A DNA stretch of 64,000 nucleotides from an uncultured Acidobacteriota bacterium (GTDB lineage Bacteria; Acidobacteriota; Polarisedimenticolia; J045): contig CAVPCQ010000017.1 in NCBI GenBank assembly GCA_963702425.1, positions 160,001-224,000 of the forward strand, given 5' to 3'. The notes beneath the pieces were generated by a model. The model was not told where the DNA came from, did not search any database, and was given only the letters and a program-made list of their open reading frames with translations. A program made the position numbers and the translations under genes. Below, piece by piece: positions 35,619 through 46,476 of the stretch. The first letter of the stretch is position 1, and the number at the start of each line of letters is the position of its first letter.

Positions 35619-36656
35619 CTACGCCTTCCGCTGGGCGCGGATCTCCTCGATCAGCGCCGCGTTGGCGCGCTCGAGCTGCGCGGTTCGCTCGCGCACCAGG
35701 AGGTCCAGCTCCTCGTGGAACCGGCGCTGGAGCTCGTCGGTATCGTCCCGCCCGCTGAGCGTCCGCGCCACCCCCGCGGTGCCGACGACCTCGCCCCGCT
35801 CGTCGAAGATCGGCGTCTTGATCGTCTCGTACCAGCCGTCGCGGCCGTCGCGCGCGACGAGCCGCTCGACGATCCGCTTCGGCCGGCGCAGCGCCAGCAC
35901 CTCGCGGTCGTCGCGGTCGTAGCGCTCGGCGATCTCGGCCGGAAAGAGATCGAGGACCGTCCGCCCGACCATCTCCTCGGGCGTCATGCCGGCGCTGGTC
36001 GCCATCGGCCGGTTGACCGCGACGATCCGGCCGGCGGCGTCCTTGAGCCACGCGAGGTCGGCGATGCTGTCGAGCAGCGCGCGCTGCTGCTGCTGGACGA
36101 GGCGCAGCCCGGACTCGATGTGGATGCGCTCCAGGATCTCCGCCTGGAGTTCGGCGACCGTGCTCGTGAGCTGCAGCGTGCGCTCGTGGACGCGGACCTC
36201 GAGCAGCTCGTTGACCCGCTCCCGGGCCTCGTCCGCCTGCTTGCGGAGCGTGATGTCGCGGGCGATCCCGACCAGGCAGAGCGGCCGGCCGTCCTCGTCC
36301 CGCACGAGCGACTTGACGGTCTCGTACAGCAGCCGGGTGCCGTCGGGGAACGGCACCCACTCCTCGACCGCGAGAGGTGCGCCCGACTCCATCACCCGCT
36401 TGTCGACCGAGCGGTACCAGGTGGCCTCCGCCTCCGGGAACAGATCGAAGTCCGTCCGCCCGATCAGCTGCTCGCGCGACACGTCGGCGTAGCGCAGGAA
36501 GGCCGCGTTGCAGCCGAGGTACCGCCCGTCGAGGTCCTTGTAGAAGATGAGGTCGGCGATCGCGTCGAGCAGGCCCTGGCGGATCGCGCGGTCGCGCGCC
36601 ACCTGCGCATCGCTGTCGCGAAGGGAGATTCCATGCGAGGCGCTCCTGCGGGTCAC
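35619..36656 (-). CDS. Tandem PAS-domain protein with no output domain
   Basis: Two PAS/PAC units (FYKDLDGRYLGCN...GIARDIT; WLKDAAGRIVAVN...GVAR) and two VxERT coiled-coil linkers. Confidence 0.8.
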   Translation of the reverse strand: MTRRSASHGISLRDSDAQVARDRAIRQGLLDAIADLIFYKDLDGRYLGCNAAFLRYADVSREQLIGRTDFDLFPEAEATWYRSVDKRVMESGAPLAVEEWVPFPDGTRLLYETVKSLVRDEDGRPLCLVGIARDITLRKQADEARERVNELLEVRVHERTLQLTSTVAELQAEILERIHIESGLRLVQQQQRALLDSIADLAWLKDAAGRIVAVNRPMATSAGMTPEEMVGRTVLDLFPAEIAERYDRDDREVLALRRPKRIVERLVARDGRDGWYETIKTPIFDERGEVVGTAGVARTLSGRDDTDELQRRFHEELDLLVRERTAQLERANAALIEEIRAQRKA

Positions 36657-36802
36657 GCGGTCGGGGGCGCGGCACCGTCGAGAGCTAGGGTAGCGGACGG
36701 AGGGTCCGGGCGGGGACCGGAGCGACGCCTCCAGTCGGATTTCCGGCTACCCTTCCCGGCCGCGGGCCGGAGTCCGGCCCCGCCGCCCTCCGGGAGGCCG
36801 CC

Positions 36803-37795
36803 GTGGATCGTCTCGAACAGATCAGCACCGGGTTCATGGAGGCCAAGGTCCTGCTCGCCGCAGCGGAACTGAGGCTCTTCGACCGCCTCTCCGGCGGCGG
36901 AGCGACCGCGGCCGAGGCCGCCCATTCGCTCGGCGCCCCCGTGCGGCCGATCGAGATGATCCTCGACGCGCTGGCGGCGATGGGGATCGTCGAGAAGCGG
37001 CAGGACCGCTACCGGAACCTCCCGGAGTACGAGCCGCGGCTCGTCGAGTCCTCCCCGACGCACTACGTCGCCCTGCTGCGCCACCGCAACCGGCTGTTCC
37101 GGCGCTGGGCCTTCCTCGAGGACAGGGCGCGCGGGCTGGCGCCGCCGCTGCTCGACGACCTGCGCGAGGGGCTGACCGATCCCGTCGCCAACGAGAACTT
37201 CATCCGCGCGATGTACGCGGTGTCGCACGCGAACGTCGGCGCGATCGCCGACCGGATCCCGCTCGACGGCGTCCGGACCCTGGCCGACCTCGGGGGCGGT
37301 CCGGGGCACTACCTGGCCGAGTTCGCGCGCCGCGCGCCCCGGGCCGAGCCGTTCCTGGTCGACCTTCCGCTGACGCTCGACGTCGCGCGGAAGGTCCTGG
37401 CGGACACGGAGATCTTCCCGCGGGTCCGCTTCGTCGCCTGGGACTTCTACGAGGAGCCCGCGCCCCCCGGGATCCCGCCCCTCGACCTGGTCTTCCTCTC
37501 GCAGGTCGTGCACGCCGAGGACGGCGCGAAGAACCGCGCGCTGTTCGCGAAGATCGCCGCGCTCACCGCGCCCGGCGGCCGGCTCGTGGTTCACGAGCGC
37601 ACGGTGGAGGAGGATCGCAGCACGCCCTACCCGGCAGCGATCTTCGCGATCAACATGCTGGCGATGACCGAGGGCGGCGCGACCTACACCGCGCGCGAGA
37701 TCGAGGAGTGGGGACGCGCGGCCGGCTTCGAGCCCGAGCGGGTGGAACGGCTCTCGCCGCTCTCGGAGCTGATCACCCTGAGAAAGCCGCGCTAG
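36803..37795 (+). CDS. SAM-dependent O-methyltransferase with a dimerisation domain
   Basis: AAELRLFD, DLGGGPGHY, WDFY, LSQVVH. Confidence 0.88.
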   Translation: MDRLEQISTGFMEAKVLLAAAELRLFDRLSGGGATAAEAAHSLGAPVRPIEMILDALAAMGIVEKRQDRYRNLPEYEPRLVESSPTHYVALLRHRNRLFRRWAFLEDRARGLAPPLLDDLREGLTDPVANENFIRAMYAVSHANVGAIADRIPLDGVRTLADLGGGPGHYLAEFARRAPRAEPFLVDLPLTLDVARKVLADTEIFPRVRFVAWDFYEEPAPPGIPPLDLVFLSQVVHAEDGAKNRALFAKIAALTAPGGRLVVHERTVEEDRSTPYPAAIFAINMLAMTEGGATYTAREIEEWGRAAGFEPERVERLSPLSELITLRKPR

Positions 37796-38679
37796 AACAG
37801 CGCCGGATCGAGCAGCGCGCGGGGATCGAAGGCCTCGCTGCCCACCTTCCCGCCCCAGTGCAGGTGCGGCCCGGTCACGCGCCCGGTCGCGCCCGAGAGC
37901 CCGAGCGGGCTGCCGGCATCGACCGCCGCGCCGTCCTTCACGTCGATGCGCGACAGGTGCGCGTAGAGCGTGAACAGCCCGCCGCCGTGGTCGACGATCA
38001 CGGTCAGGCCGGAGTAGTAGAGGTCCTTCGCCAGCGCGACCACGCCGGGACCGGCCGCGACGACCGGCGTTCCGCTGGCCGCCTTGAGGTCGATCCCCGA
38101 GTGCGGCGACCGCGGCTTGCCGTTGAAGACGCGCCGCGCCCCGTAGGTCCCGGTCGCGTCGCCGGGGACCGGCTTGACGAACGCGGCGGCCGGCGGCGGC
38201 ACCGGGCGCAGACGGGCGTAGATCGCGCCCAGCTCCTTGCGCTCGCGCTCGAGCCGCGCCTGGACCGCCTTCGGCGGCTCGACGTACTTCGGCTCGACCG
38301 TCAGCCGCTCCTCCGGAAAGGTCCGCTTCTCGATCGTCACCGCGAGCGCCCCGACGACCTCCGCGCCCCGCTGCGCGCGCCCCTTGAGATCCACGGCCGC
38401 CGCGCCGGGCTTGCGGTCGAGCGGCACGGCGGTCCAGCCGGACCACTCCTCCTGTCCGTCCCGCTCCCCGGCGCGCGCGAAGAAGACCGGCTTGCCGAGG
38501 AACGTCCCCGTCAGCGACGCGAGCGGCTCGGGAGCGCGGACGACGACGCGCACCGGCTCGCCCGGGGCGACGGCGCGCGCCCGCAGCTCGATCGTCAGCG
38601 CCACGGGAGCCTCGCCCCGCGCGGCGCCGGACGCCACGGCGAGCCCCAACGCCGCGACCAGCACCAGACTCCTCCGCAT
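37792..38679 (-). CDS. M23 family metallopeptidase
   Basis: Signal peptide; HSGID, GPHLHW. Confidence 0.92.
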   Translation of the reverse strand: MRRSLVLVAALGLAVASGAARGEAPVALTIELRARAVAPGEPVRVVVRAPEPLASLTGTFLGKPVFFARAGERDGQEEWSGWTAVPLDRKPGAAAVDLKGRAQRGAEVVGALAVTIEKRTFPEERLTVEPKYVEPPKAVQARLERERKELGAIYARLRPVPPPAAAFVKPVPGDATGTYGARRVFNGKPRSPHSGIDLKAASGTPVVAAGPGVVALAKDLYYSGLTVIVDHGGGLFTLYAHLSRIDVKDGAAVDAGSPLGLSGATGRVTGPHLHWGGKVGSEAFDPRALLDPALF

Positions 38680-38683
38680 CGCG

Positions 38684-39262
38684 CTACGGCGCCGGCTGGA
38701 CGGAGCCCTGGACCTCGAGGGTCACGTCCACGTCCTTGCCCACGCGCAGCACGAACGCACTCGGGTCGTTCATCCCCCAGGCGACGTAGGGGATCTTGAA
38801 AGTCCCGCTGGCGGTCACCTTCGTCCCCGTGGCCGTCACGTCGAGCGGGATGGTCAGCGGGTGCGGGCCGCCGTGGATCGTGATCGTCCCGATCAGCTTG
38901 AGCTTGGAGACGCCGGTGTTGTTGAACGGCCCCTCGACCTTCTCCGGCACGAAGACGAACTCGGGGTACTTCGCGCTCTCGAGCACCTCTTCGTGCATCT
39001 TCCTGTCGCGGCCCTCGCTGTCGGTCGTGGCCCTGGTCGCGTCGTAGACGATCTTCCCGGACGCCGTCCCCGTGGCCGGATCGAAGCGGATCTCGCCCGA
39101 CTCGAGCGGCACCGAGCCGTGCGCCTTGTGCAGCGTCGCGGCCAGCACGAAGGAGGTCTTCGTCGCGGCCGGATCGACGGTGACGACCAGTTCCCCCGCC
39201 ATGGCGGCCAGCGAGGCCGTCGCGATCATCAGGAAGAGAAAGAAGGCCGTGATCCTGCGCAT
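38684..39262 (-). CDS. YceI-family secreted lipid-binding protein
   Basis: Signal peptide; GRDRKMH, LESAKYPE, GTITIHG. Confidence 0.85.
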   Translation of the reverse strand: MRRITAFFLFLMIATASLAAMAGELVVTVDPAATKTSFVLAATLHKAHGSVPLESGEIRFDPATGTASGKIVYDATRATTDSEGRDRKMHEEVLESAKYPEFVFVPEKVEGPFNNTGVSKLKLIGTITIHGGPHPLTIPLDVTATGTKVTASGTFKIPYVAWGMNDPSAFVLRVGKDVDVTLEVQGSVQPAP

Positions 39263-39273
39263 CGCATCTGCTC

Positions 39274-41343
39274 CTAGGGCCGGGTCCACTGGTTCAGCCA
39301 CTCGATCACGGTCTCGTGCCAGAGGATGCTGTTGGCGGGCTTGAGGATCCAGTGGTTCTCGTCGGGGAAGTGCAGGAACCTGCTCGGGATCCCCTTGCGC
39401 TGCAGCGCGTTGAAGGTGCCGATCCCCTGGGTCTCGACCACGCGGTAGTCCTTGCTGCCGTGGATCACGAGCATCGGCGTCTTCCAGTTCTTCACCAGCT
39501 CGACGGGGTTGTGCTTCGCGTAGTCGGGCTTCTCCCACGGCAGGCCGCCGTGATCGTACTCCGGGAACCACAGCTCCTCCGTGTCGAAGTACCCGAAGGC
39601 CTCGTCGAGCGTGCCGGAGTGGCTGACGAGGCACTGGAACCCGTCGGGCCACGCGCCCGCAATCCAGTTGACCATGTAGCCGCCGAAGCTCGCCCCCAGC
39701 GCGCAGGCCCGGTCCTTCGACAGCCACGGGAACTTCGCGCGCGCCGCCTCGAGCCCCTTCTGCAGGTCGACCAGCGGCGCGCCGCCCCAGTCGCCCTTGA
39801 TCGCGTCGGTGAAGGCCTGGCCGTAGCCGGTCGAGCCGGTGGGGTCGATCATGATCACGGCGTAGCCGGCCCCGGCGTAGGTCTGCGGGTTCCAGCGGTA
39901 GTGGAAGTCGTTGTTCCAGGAGCCCTGCGGGCCGCCGTGGATCAGGAACGCGATCGGGTAGCTCTTCGTGGGGACGAAGTCGACCGGCTTGACGACCCAG
40001 CCGTAGACGGTCCGCCCGGCCGCGCCCTGGAACGTGAACAGCTCCGCCCCGCCCGTCCGGGCGGTCGCGAGGCGCTCCTTGTTGAAGGCGGTGATCTGCG
40101 CCAGGCCGCTGCCGTCCGGCTTCACCGTGAACAGCTCGGCCGGCTGCGTGAAGCTCTCGCCGTGCGCCAGGACCAGCCCCGCCGCGGCGTTGACGCCGCC
40201 GAAGTTGCCGTCCTTGACCAGGTCCTTCACCGCGCCGGTCGCGACGTCGATCGCGAACAGCGAGTGGTGGCCCAGGTTGTCGGCCGTCGCGTAGAGGGTC
40301 TTCCCGTCCGGCGAGAAGACCAGCTCCGACGGCGAGCGGTCCCACGTCGGCGCCAGCTCGCGCTCGGTGCCCGTCGGCCAGTCGCGCAGCATGATCCGGA
40401 AGCGGTCGGCCTCGTAGCCGGGCTTCGCCATCGCCAGGTAGGCCAGCGTCTTTCCGTCCGGCGAGAAGACCGGTCGCGCATCCCAGGCCTTGTTCGCCGC
40501 GGTCAGGTTGCGCGGAGCCGCCGAGCCGTCGGCGGGGGCGACGTACAGGTCGAAGTTCGTCGTCCAGGCCTCTTCCGCGGGGTTCGATCCGAGGGTCTTG
40601 GCCGAGAAGACGATCGACTTTCCGTCGGGGGTGAAGGTGTAGTCCTCGGGACCGCCGAAGGGCCGGCCGGGGCAGTCGGCATCCATCCCCTTCATCACGT
40701 CGACCGCCGCGCCTCCGGCGACCGGCACGACGAAGACGTGGTTGCGGCGCCCGTCGAGCCAGGTGTCCCAGTGCCGGATCATCAGCGAGTCGTAGATCGT
40801 GCCGGACGACTTCTTCTTCGACTGCTCGTCGACCCGCTTCGCCGTGCACGCGGCGTCGGGGCAGTCGGCGAAGGTCCGCATCGAAATCGCCAGCGTGCGC
40901 CCGTCGGGCGAGATCTGGAACGAGTCGACATCGAGCGGCTGGCTGGTCACGGCGCTCGCCTCGCCGCCGTCGAGCGGCAGGCGCCAGACCTGGTCGCTGC
41001 CGCCGCGCCCCGCTATGAAGTAGACCGACCGGCCGTCGGGCGACCAGCGCGGGCTCGATTCGTTCTCGGCGTGCGACGTCATCTGCCGCAGGTTCTTCCC
41101 GTCGACGTCGACGATCCAGAGGTCGGTCCGGCCGCGGTTCGCCTCCAGGTCGGTGGTGCGCACGACGAAGACGACGCGCTTTCCGTCCGGTGAGAGCTGC
41201 GGGTCGGAGATCCGCTGCATCGCGACGAGGTCCATCACCGAGAACGGGTGGGAGGCGGCCGGGACGACCGCCTGCGCGCCAGCGAGCGGCACGACGAGCG
41301 ACAACGCGGCCAGGGCAAGCGCCGCGCACTTCCTGATCGACAT
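39274..41343 (-). CDS. S9 family peptidase (dipeptidyl/acylaminoacyl peptidase)
   Basis: Signal peptide, propeller repeats, IHGGPQ, GASFGG, DYRV, ENHW. Confidence 0.93.
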   Translation of the reverse strand: MSIRKCAALALAALSLVVPLAGAQAVVPAASHPFSVMDLVAMQRISDPQLSPDGKRVVFVVRTTDLEANRGRTDLWIVDVDGKNLRQMTSHAENESSPRWSPDGRSVYFIAGRGGSDQVWRLPLDGGEASAVTSQPLDVDSFQISPDGRTLAISMRTFADCPDAACTAKRVDEQSKKKSSGTIYDSLMIRHWDTWLDGRRNHVFVVPVAGGAAVDVMKGMDADCPGRPFGGPEDYTFTPDGKSIVFSAKTLGSNPAEEAWTTNFDLYVAPADGSAAPRNLTAANKAWDARPVFSPDGKTLAYLAMAKPGYEADRFRIMLRDWPTGTERELAPTWDRSPSELVFSPDGKTLYATADNLGHHSLFAIDVATGAVKDLVKDGNFGGVNAAAGLVLAHGESFTQPAELFTVKPDGSGLAQITAFNKERLATARTGGAELFTFQGAAGRTVYGWVVKPVDFVPTKSYPIAFLIHGGPQGSWNNDFHYRWNPQTYAGAGYAVIMIDPTGSTGYGQAFTDAIKGDWGGAPLVDLQKGLEAARAKFPWLSKDRACALGASFGGYMVNWIAGAWPDGFQCLVSHSGTLDEAFGYFDTEELWFPEYDHGGLPWEKPDYAKHNPVELVKNWKTPMLVIHGSKDYRVVETQGIGTFNALQRKGIPSRFLHFPDENHWILKPANSILWHETVIEWLNQWTRP

Positions 41344-41478
41344 CTTCGGCTCCTTCGGGGAACTCGCGCCGGCCGGCGCGGGGAACGGGAGATGCTACTC
41401 CGCGGGCGCCGGGCGTCCCATCGCGGGAGGCGGCGCGGGGGGGGCCCGGGGGGAGGCCGCGGGAAGCGTCCCGCCGGC

Positions 41479-41527
41479 TTGACAGGGGGAGCCGATTGTC
41501 CATATTGTCCTATGACATTAGGACAAT
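41479..41527 (+). promoter_or_regulatory. Sigma70 promoter with a YtrA-type operator palindrome
   Basis: TTGACA 41479-41484; perfect inverted repeat ATTGTCCTA-N6-TAGGACAAT 41504-41527 overlapping the ATG. Confidence 0.8.
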
Positions 41528-41967
41528 GGCGATGATCCTCGACCTCGACCCCGCGCTCCCCACCCCTCTCTATCTTCAACTGGTCGAGGGGATTCGCCGC
41601 CTCGTGGCGATCGGGGCCCTGAAGCCGGGCGACCGCCTCCCGACCGTCCGCGAGCTCGCCGTCCAACTCCGGCTCAACCGGAACACGGCCGCCCGGGCGA
41701 TCCAGGAACTCGAGGCCCGGGGGGTCGTCCGGACGCGCGTCGGGCAGGGGACGTTCGTCGCCGAGGAGGCCGGCGAGCGGGGCCTCGCGCGAGGCGCTGC
41801 TCGAGCTCGCGGTCGACCGGCTGATCGACGAGGCGGCCGCGCTCGCGGTGCCGGCCGGGACGCTCCCCGAGCGCGTCGCCGCGCGCGTCGCGGCCCGCGC
41901 CAGCGACGCCACGCGCCCGGCCCCGACCTGCGACGGGGACACCACGCACCAGGAGGACCACCGATGA
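41526..41967 (+). CDS. GntR family (YtrA subfamily) regulator; frameshift near 41790
   Basis: PLYLQLVEGIRR, GDRLPTVRELA, NRNT, VGQGTFV; fused to the ABC ATPase in the track because of the frameshift. Confidence 0.88.
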
Positions 41968-42917
41968 CCGGCCCCGTGATCGAGTTCCGCGACGTCACGC
42001 GCACCTTCGGTGGCGCCGCCGGCATCGGCCGGCGCACGGTGGCGCTCGACCGCTTCTCGCTGGCGATCGAGCCCGGCGAAGTGGTCGCGCTGGTCGGGCG
42101 CAACGGCGCCGGGAAGACGACCGCGCTGCGTCTGGCCAACGGCGTGCTGTGGCCCGACTCGGGCACGGTCCGCGTGCTCGGGCTCGACCCCGCGAAGGAC
42201 GGCCTCGCGGTGCGCACCCGCGTCGCGCTGCTCTCGGAGGAGAACGCGCTCTACCCGTGGATGACGGTGCGCGAGATCCTGCACTTCGGCGCCGCGCTCT
42301 CGCCGCGGTGGGACGCGCGCTTGGCGGCCGAGTTCGTCGAGCGCCTGGCGATCGAGCCGCGCGCGAAGATCCGGACCCTCTCGCGCGGCACCAAGGCCAA
42401 GGTCGCGCTGGCGCTCGCCGTCGGGGCGCGTCCCGACATCCTGCTGCTGGACGACCCGACGGCGGGGCTCGACCCGCTCGTGCGGCGCGAGGTGCTGGAG
42501 GGGATCCTGGCCGCGATCCACGGCGAGGGGGGCGCGGTCGTCTACGCCTCGCACCTGATCCACGACCTCGAGCGCGTCGCCGACCGGGTGGTCTACCTCG
42601 ACGGCGGGCGGATCCGGATGCAGGGATCGATCGACGAGCTGCGGCGGCGCGTCAAGCGGCTGACCGCGATCTTCGAGGGTGATGCGTTCGAGCTGCCCCC
42701 CTTCCCCGGGCTGCTCGACCAGCGCGTCGCGGGCCGCACGCTCGCCGTGATCGCCGAGCGGCGGGACGGGACGGAGGCCGCAGACCTCGCCGCGCTCGCG
42801 GAGCGGTTGCGGGGGCTGGGCGCGGCGCGCGTGGACGTCGAGGACCTGGGGCTCGAGGAGATCCTCGTCGCCGCGCTGCGCCGGCGCGAGCCCGCGCAGG
42901 AGGCCGTCCATGTTTAG
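41964..42917 (+). CDS. ABC exporter ATP-binding protein
   Basis: GRNGAGKTT, LSRG, LLDDPTAGLDP; RBS AGGAGG. Confidence 0.92.
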   Translation: MTGPVIEFRDVTRTFGGAAGIGRRTVALDRFSLAIEPGEVVALVGRNGAGKTTALRLANGVLWPDSGTVRVLGLDPAKDGLAVRTRVALLSEENALYPWMTVREILHFGAALSPRWDARLAAEFVERLAIEPRAKIRTLSRGTKAKVALALAVGARPDILLLDDPTAGLDPLVRREVLEGILAAIHGEGGAVVYASHLIHDLERVADRVVYLDGGRIRMQGSIDELRRRVKRLTAIFEGDAFELPPFPGLLDQRVAGRTLAVIAERRDGTEAADLAALAERLRGLGAARVDVEDLGLEEILVAALRRREPAQEAVHV

Positions 42918-44820
42918 TGCACTGCTCGGGAAGGGGCTGAAGCAGCAGCGCGCGATCGTCGCCGCCGGGATCGGGACCGGACTGCTCTTCGCGCTGCTGC
43001 TCTGGCTCGCGATCGGCGGGCTCTACGGCTCGCGCCCGGTGAGTGCGGAGGACGCGATCGGGTCCGCGCTGTCGCTCGTGCTCGCGCTGGGGATCTGGCC
43101 GCTGTGGGCGCTGCTCGCCTTCAGCCAGGCCTTCACCGGGGACCGCGCCGCGGGCACCGAACCGTTCCTGCTCGACCGCCCGGTCCCGCCAAGGCAGCTG
43201 TTCGTGGCGCGCCTGCTCGCGGCCCTCGCGGGGTGGGGTGCCGTCGCCGGAGGGACCTTCGCGATGCTCTGGGTGCTGGCGCGCACCCACGGCGTTGCGA
43301 CCGACGGCGTGCTCGGGGCCGGCGGGATCGGCCTCGCGTTCTCGGCCCTCGCCGCATGCAGCGCGCTCCTTGCGGCGGCGTTGGGCGCCGTCTCGCTGGC
43401 CGCGGCGCTGCTGGGCCTGCTGCTCGGCCTGGCCGCGCTGGCCGTCGCGTTCCAGCTGTTCCGGGCCTTCCCCGTGCTTTTCGAAGCGCTCGGCTGGTTC
43501 ACGCTCTGGCCGGCCGTCCTGCTCGTGCTGGCCTACCCGCTGGTCGCCTGGATCGCCTTCACGCGCGGCGAGCCGGCCGGCCGCGGACGCACGGCCCGCG
43601 CCGCGACCGTGCTGGCCCTCGCCGTCGCGCTGATCGCGGTGCTGTTCGTCGCCGCCACTCCGGCGCTGATCCGCGCCGGATACGGCACCGCCACGGGCTA
43701 CTTCGAGGTCGCCCTCGCGCCCGGCGGAGGAGGTGCCGTACTCAACGCCTGGCGCCACTTGTGGATCGTCGATCCTGCGACCGGGGCGCGGCGCCGCTTC
43801 ATTCCGCCCTGGTCCTCCTTCCTCGGGTGGCGGGCGGACGGTGCGCTGTTCGCGGTCGCGACCCGCGCCACGCGCCTCGGCGGCGAGTCCCGCCGCGAAC
43901 GGATCGCCTTCTACGACGCTGCCGGCGGGCGGGCGGCCCCGGACGTCGAGTTGGGCCGGGATGCGGTCCAGATTTTCGGCCTCGGAATGGACGGAGGGCT
44001 GTGGATCGGTGACGAGCTGTTCTTCGTGACCGCAGCGGACGGCGAGGAGCCGTCGCTCTGGCGCGTCCGGCCGGGCGAGGCCGAGGGCCGCCTCGAGGAC
44101 GCCCGGCTGCCCGCGCTGACGCGGCCGCTGAGGGGCAGCTCCGACGGGATGCTCTACCTCGTCTCGTACCCGAAACGCGAGCGCGCGTCGCACCCCGTCA
44201 AGCCGTCGCTCACAGAGGACGCGCAGCTGTCGCGCTTCGATCCCCGCACGGGAGTCCTCACGCCGCTCGGCCCGATCTCACCCGGGCGGATCCTCTACGC
44301 CGGCCTCGCGCCGAGCGGACGCTACTGGCTGGTCGACGCCGGCGACGAGCAGTCGGCACGGCTGGTGGTTCGCACGATGGCCACCGGCGAAGAGTCCGAG
44401 TATCCGCTCGGAGACTCTGCGTTGCTCGAGTGGGAGTGGCTCGCGGACGACCGCCTCGCGCTCGTCGTCGAGCGCGAGGGTCGGGCCCATCTCGTGCTGA
44501 CCGGACCCGGCGGGAACGGCGCGCGCGAAGAGCTGGGCAGCTGGCCGGGGCGCCCGGCGTGGGGCTGGCTGCAGGCGTCGCCCGATGGCTCGATGCTGCT
44601 GGTGCGCGATCACGCGACGCGACGGGCACGGGTGCTGCACCTCGCCGACCGCCGCTGGTCCGAGATCGACGCGCCAGCCGGCGCGGCGCGCGCGCCGGGC
44701 GGATCTGTTCCCGTCCAGTGGCGCTGGGCCGGCGAGCGGACGCTCACCGTTCCGGGAGCGAGGGGACCGCTGCTGATCGACGTCGACGATCCGTCGCGGC
44801 AGGTCGCGATCGCCTGGTAG
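42910..44820 (+). CDS. ABC-2 type permease with a large C-terminal propeller-like domain
   Basis: About 7 TM helices, FTGDRAAGTEPFLLDRPV motif, then a soluble beta-rich domain. Confidence 0.75.
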   Translation: MFSALLGKGLKQQRAIVAAGIGTGLLFALLLWLAIGGLYGSRPVSAEDAIGSALSLVLALGIWPLWALLAFSQAFTGDRAAGTEPFLLDRPVPPRQLFVARLLAALAGWGAVAGGTFAMLWVLARTHGVATDGVLGAGGIGLAFSALAACSALLAAALGAVSLAAALLGLLLGLAALAVAFQLFRAFPVLFEALGWFTLWPAVLLVLAYPLVAWIAFTRGEPAGRGRTARAATVLALAVALIAVLFVAATPALIRAGYGTATGYFEVALAPGGGGAVLNAWRHLWIVDPATGARRRFIPPWSSFLGWRADGALFAVATRATRLGGESRRERIAFYDAAGGRAAPDVELGRDAVQIFGLGMDGGLWIGDELFFVTAADGEEPSLWRVRPGEAEGRLEDARLPALTRPLRGSSDGMLYLVSYPKRERASHPVKPSLTEDAQLSRFDPRTGVLTPLGPISPGRILYAGLAPSGRYWLVDAGDEQSARLVVRTMATGEESEYPLGDSALLEWEWLADDRLALVVEREGRAHLVLTGPGGNGAREELGSWPGRPAWGWLQASPDGSMLLVRDHATRRARVLHLADRRWSEIDAPAGAARAPGGSVPVQWRWAGERTLTVPGARGPLLIDVDDPSRQVAIAW

Positions 44821-44857
44821 GCGGCGCCCGGGCCAAGCCCGGCGGCGGCAGCCCCGT

Positions 44858-45823
44858 TCAGGCCACCCGCCGCCGCAGCGCGTCGAGCGCCTCGCGCAGC
44901 TCGGTGACGCTGTCGACGAGGCGCGCGTCGACCGCGCCCAGCACGCCCGCGTAGGCCTCGGCCGCGTCCCCCCCCACGATCAGACCGACCCCGGCCCCCA
45001 CCAACCGCCGCAGCCTCTGCAGCTCGTGCGGAAGGCGCGTGTCGTCGGGCGGATAGATCAGCGACAGCGCTACCCCGCGCGCGGCACTCTGGCGCGCCGC
45101 CGCAGCGATCTCGTCCGCGGGAAGATCGATGCCGAGGTAGACGACGCGCCAGCCGGCCGCCTCGGCGACGAGCGCCGCCATCAGCGCGCCCAGCTCGTGG
45201 ATCTGGCCAGCCGGAGTGGCGACGACCAGCGCCGGCGCGTGGGCCTGCGGTGACCGGGACTGTCGCGCCCCGACGAGCCAGGCGCGGATCGCCGCGGTCG
45301 CGAGGTGCTCGTGCCGGATTCCGAGCCGCCCGTTGCGCCAGCCCGCACCGATCTCTTGCAGCAGCGGAACGAGCAGTTCCTCGAGCAGCTGCGGAAGGGT
45401 CAGCGTGAGCTCCGCATCGGCAAGCGCCTGTTCGAGGGCGGCCCCGTCCAGCCGTTCCGCCGCCGCGATGCATCGCGCAAGGGTCTCGCCTTCGGAGCGG
45501 ATCGCTGCGGGCCGCCCGGCCGTGCCGGTCCCGGGACGCGGACGCGCCTCGTCCTGCGCGACGAGCTGCTCGAGTTCCTCGAGCGGGAGCCGCGCCACGA
45601 AGCCGATGCGCCGGCCAGCGTCGAGCGCCTTCCGGATCAGCGTCAGTCGCGCGATGTCCGCATCCGAGTAGAGGCGGTGCGCGCCGGGGGTGCGTCCGGG
45701 GTCGACGGCGTGGTAGCGCCGCTCCCAGGCCCGCAGGACGTCGGGGGAGAGGCCGGTGGCACGGACGACGACCTGCATCGGGTGCCGGGGCTGGTGGTTG
45801 CGGGGGTTTCGGGGTTCGCTCAT
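44858..45823 (-). CDS. carH: MerR-family B12-binding photoreceptor (CarH/LitR-like)
   Basis: LRAWERRY MerR HTH; W-x9-EH ([12 protein letters not shown]); QIHELG His ligand; YLG and ALS Rossmann motifs. Confidence 0.85.
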   Translation of the reverse strand: MSEPRNPRNHQPRHPMQVVVRATGLSPDVLRAWERRYHAVDPGRTPGAHRLYSDADIARLTLIRKALDAGRRIGFVARLPLEELEQLVAQDEARPRPGTGTAGRPAAIRSEGETLARCIAAAERLDGAALEQALADAELTLTLPQLLEELLVPLLQEIGAGWRNGRLGIRHEHLATAAIRAWLVGARQSRSPQAHAPALVVATPAGQIHELGALMAALVAEAAGWRVVYLGIDLPADEIAAAARQSAARGVALSLIYPPDDTRLPHELQRLRRLVGAGVGLIVGGDAAEAYAGVLGAVDARLVDSVTELREALDALRRRVA

Positions 45824-45827
45824 GGTC

Positions 45828-45905
45828 TGTCTCGTGTTTGTCTATATTTTTTCTGGAAAGTTCCTTGACAATACTTCATGGAGCCCGTATTGTCCACCCT
45901 GTCGA
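45828..45905 (+). promoter_or_regulatory. Divergent promoter region with putative CarH operator repeats
   Basis: TTGACA(45865)-N17-TATTGT(45888); TGTCTC/TGTCTA/TTTCTG at an 11-bp period (45828, 45839, 45850); AT-rich island. Confidence 0.65.
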
Positions 45906-45963
45906 ACGAAACAGACCGCGCCGGGGGGCCCCCCTCCCCCGGGCTAACAGCAAGGAGGCCCTG

Positions 45964-46476
45964 ATGAACCGCTCGGTTATCCGCCCCACCCTGATCGTCC
46001 TCGCGCTCGTTGCCGCCCTCGTCGCCCCGTCCGCCGTTGCGGGCTCCGCAAAGAGCACGCCCGGCAGCGCTGCTGCCTCCATGAACATCGTTGACACCGC
46101 GGTCGCGGCCGGGAACTTCAAGACTCTCGTCGCCGCGCTGCAGGCCGCCGGCCTGGTGGACACGCTCAACGGAGCCGGCCCGTTCACGGTGTTCGCCCCG
46201 ACGGACGAGGCGTTCGCGAAGCTCCCGCCGGGCACCGTCGAGGCGCTGCTCAAAGACAAGACCAAGCTGGTCGAGATCCTGACCTTCCACGTCGTCTCCG
46301 GGAAGGTGACGTCCGGCGACGTGGTGAAGCTCACCTCCGCGAAGACCGTCTCCGGCAAGACCGCGGAGATCGACACCAGCAACGGCGTGCGCGTCGACGG
46401 CGCGCTCGTCGTGAAGGCGGACATCCTCGCGTCGAACGGTGTGATCCACGTGATCGACACGGTGATGATTCCGTAA
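45964..46476 (+). CDS. Secreted fasciclin (FAS1) domain protein
   Basis: [23 protein letters not shown]; RBS AAGGAGG. Confidence 0.93.
   Translation: MNRSVIRPTLIVLALVAALVAPSAVAGSAKSTPGSAAASMNIVDTAVAAGNFKTLVAALQAAGLVDTLNGAGPFTVFAPTDEAFAKLPPGTVEALLKDKTKLVEILTFHVVSGKVTSGDVVKLTSAKTVSGKTAEIDTSNGVRVDGALVVKADILASNGVIHVIDTVMIP

Noticed and set aside
41496-42917. GntR-ABC ATPase fusion
   Set aside because: A frameshift near 41790 joins them; the ATPase has its own RBS and an ATGA overlap
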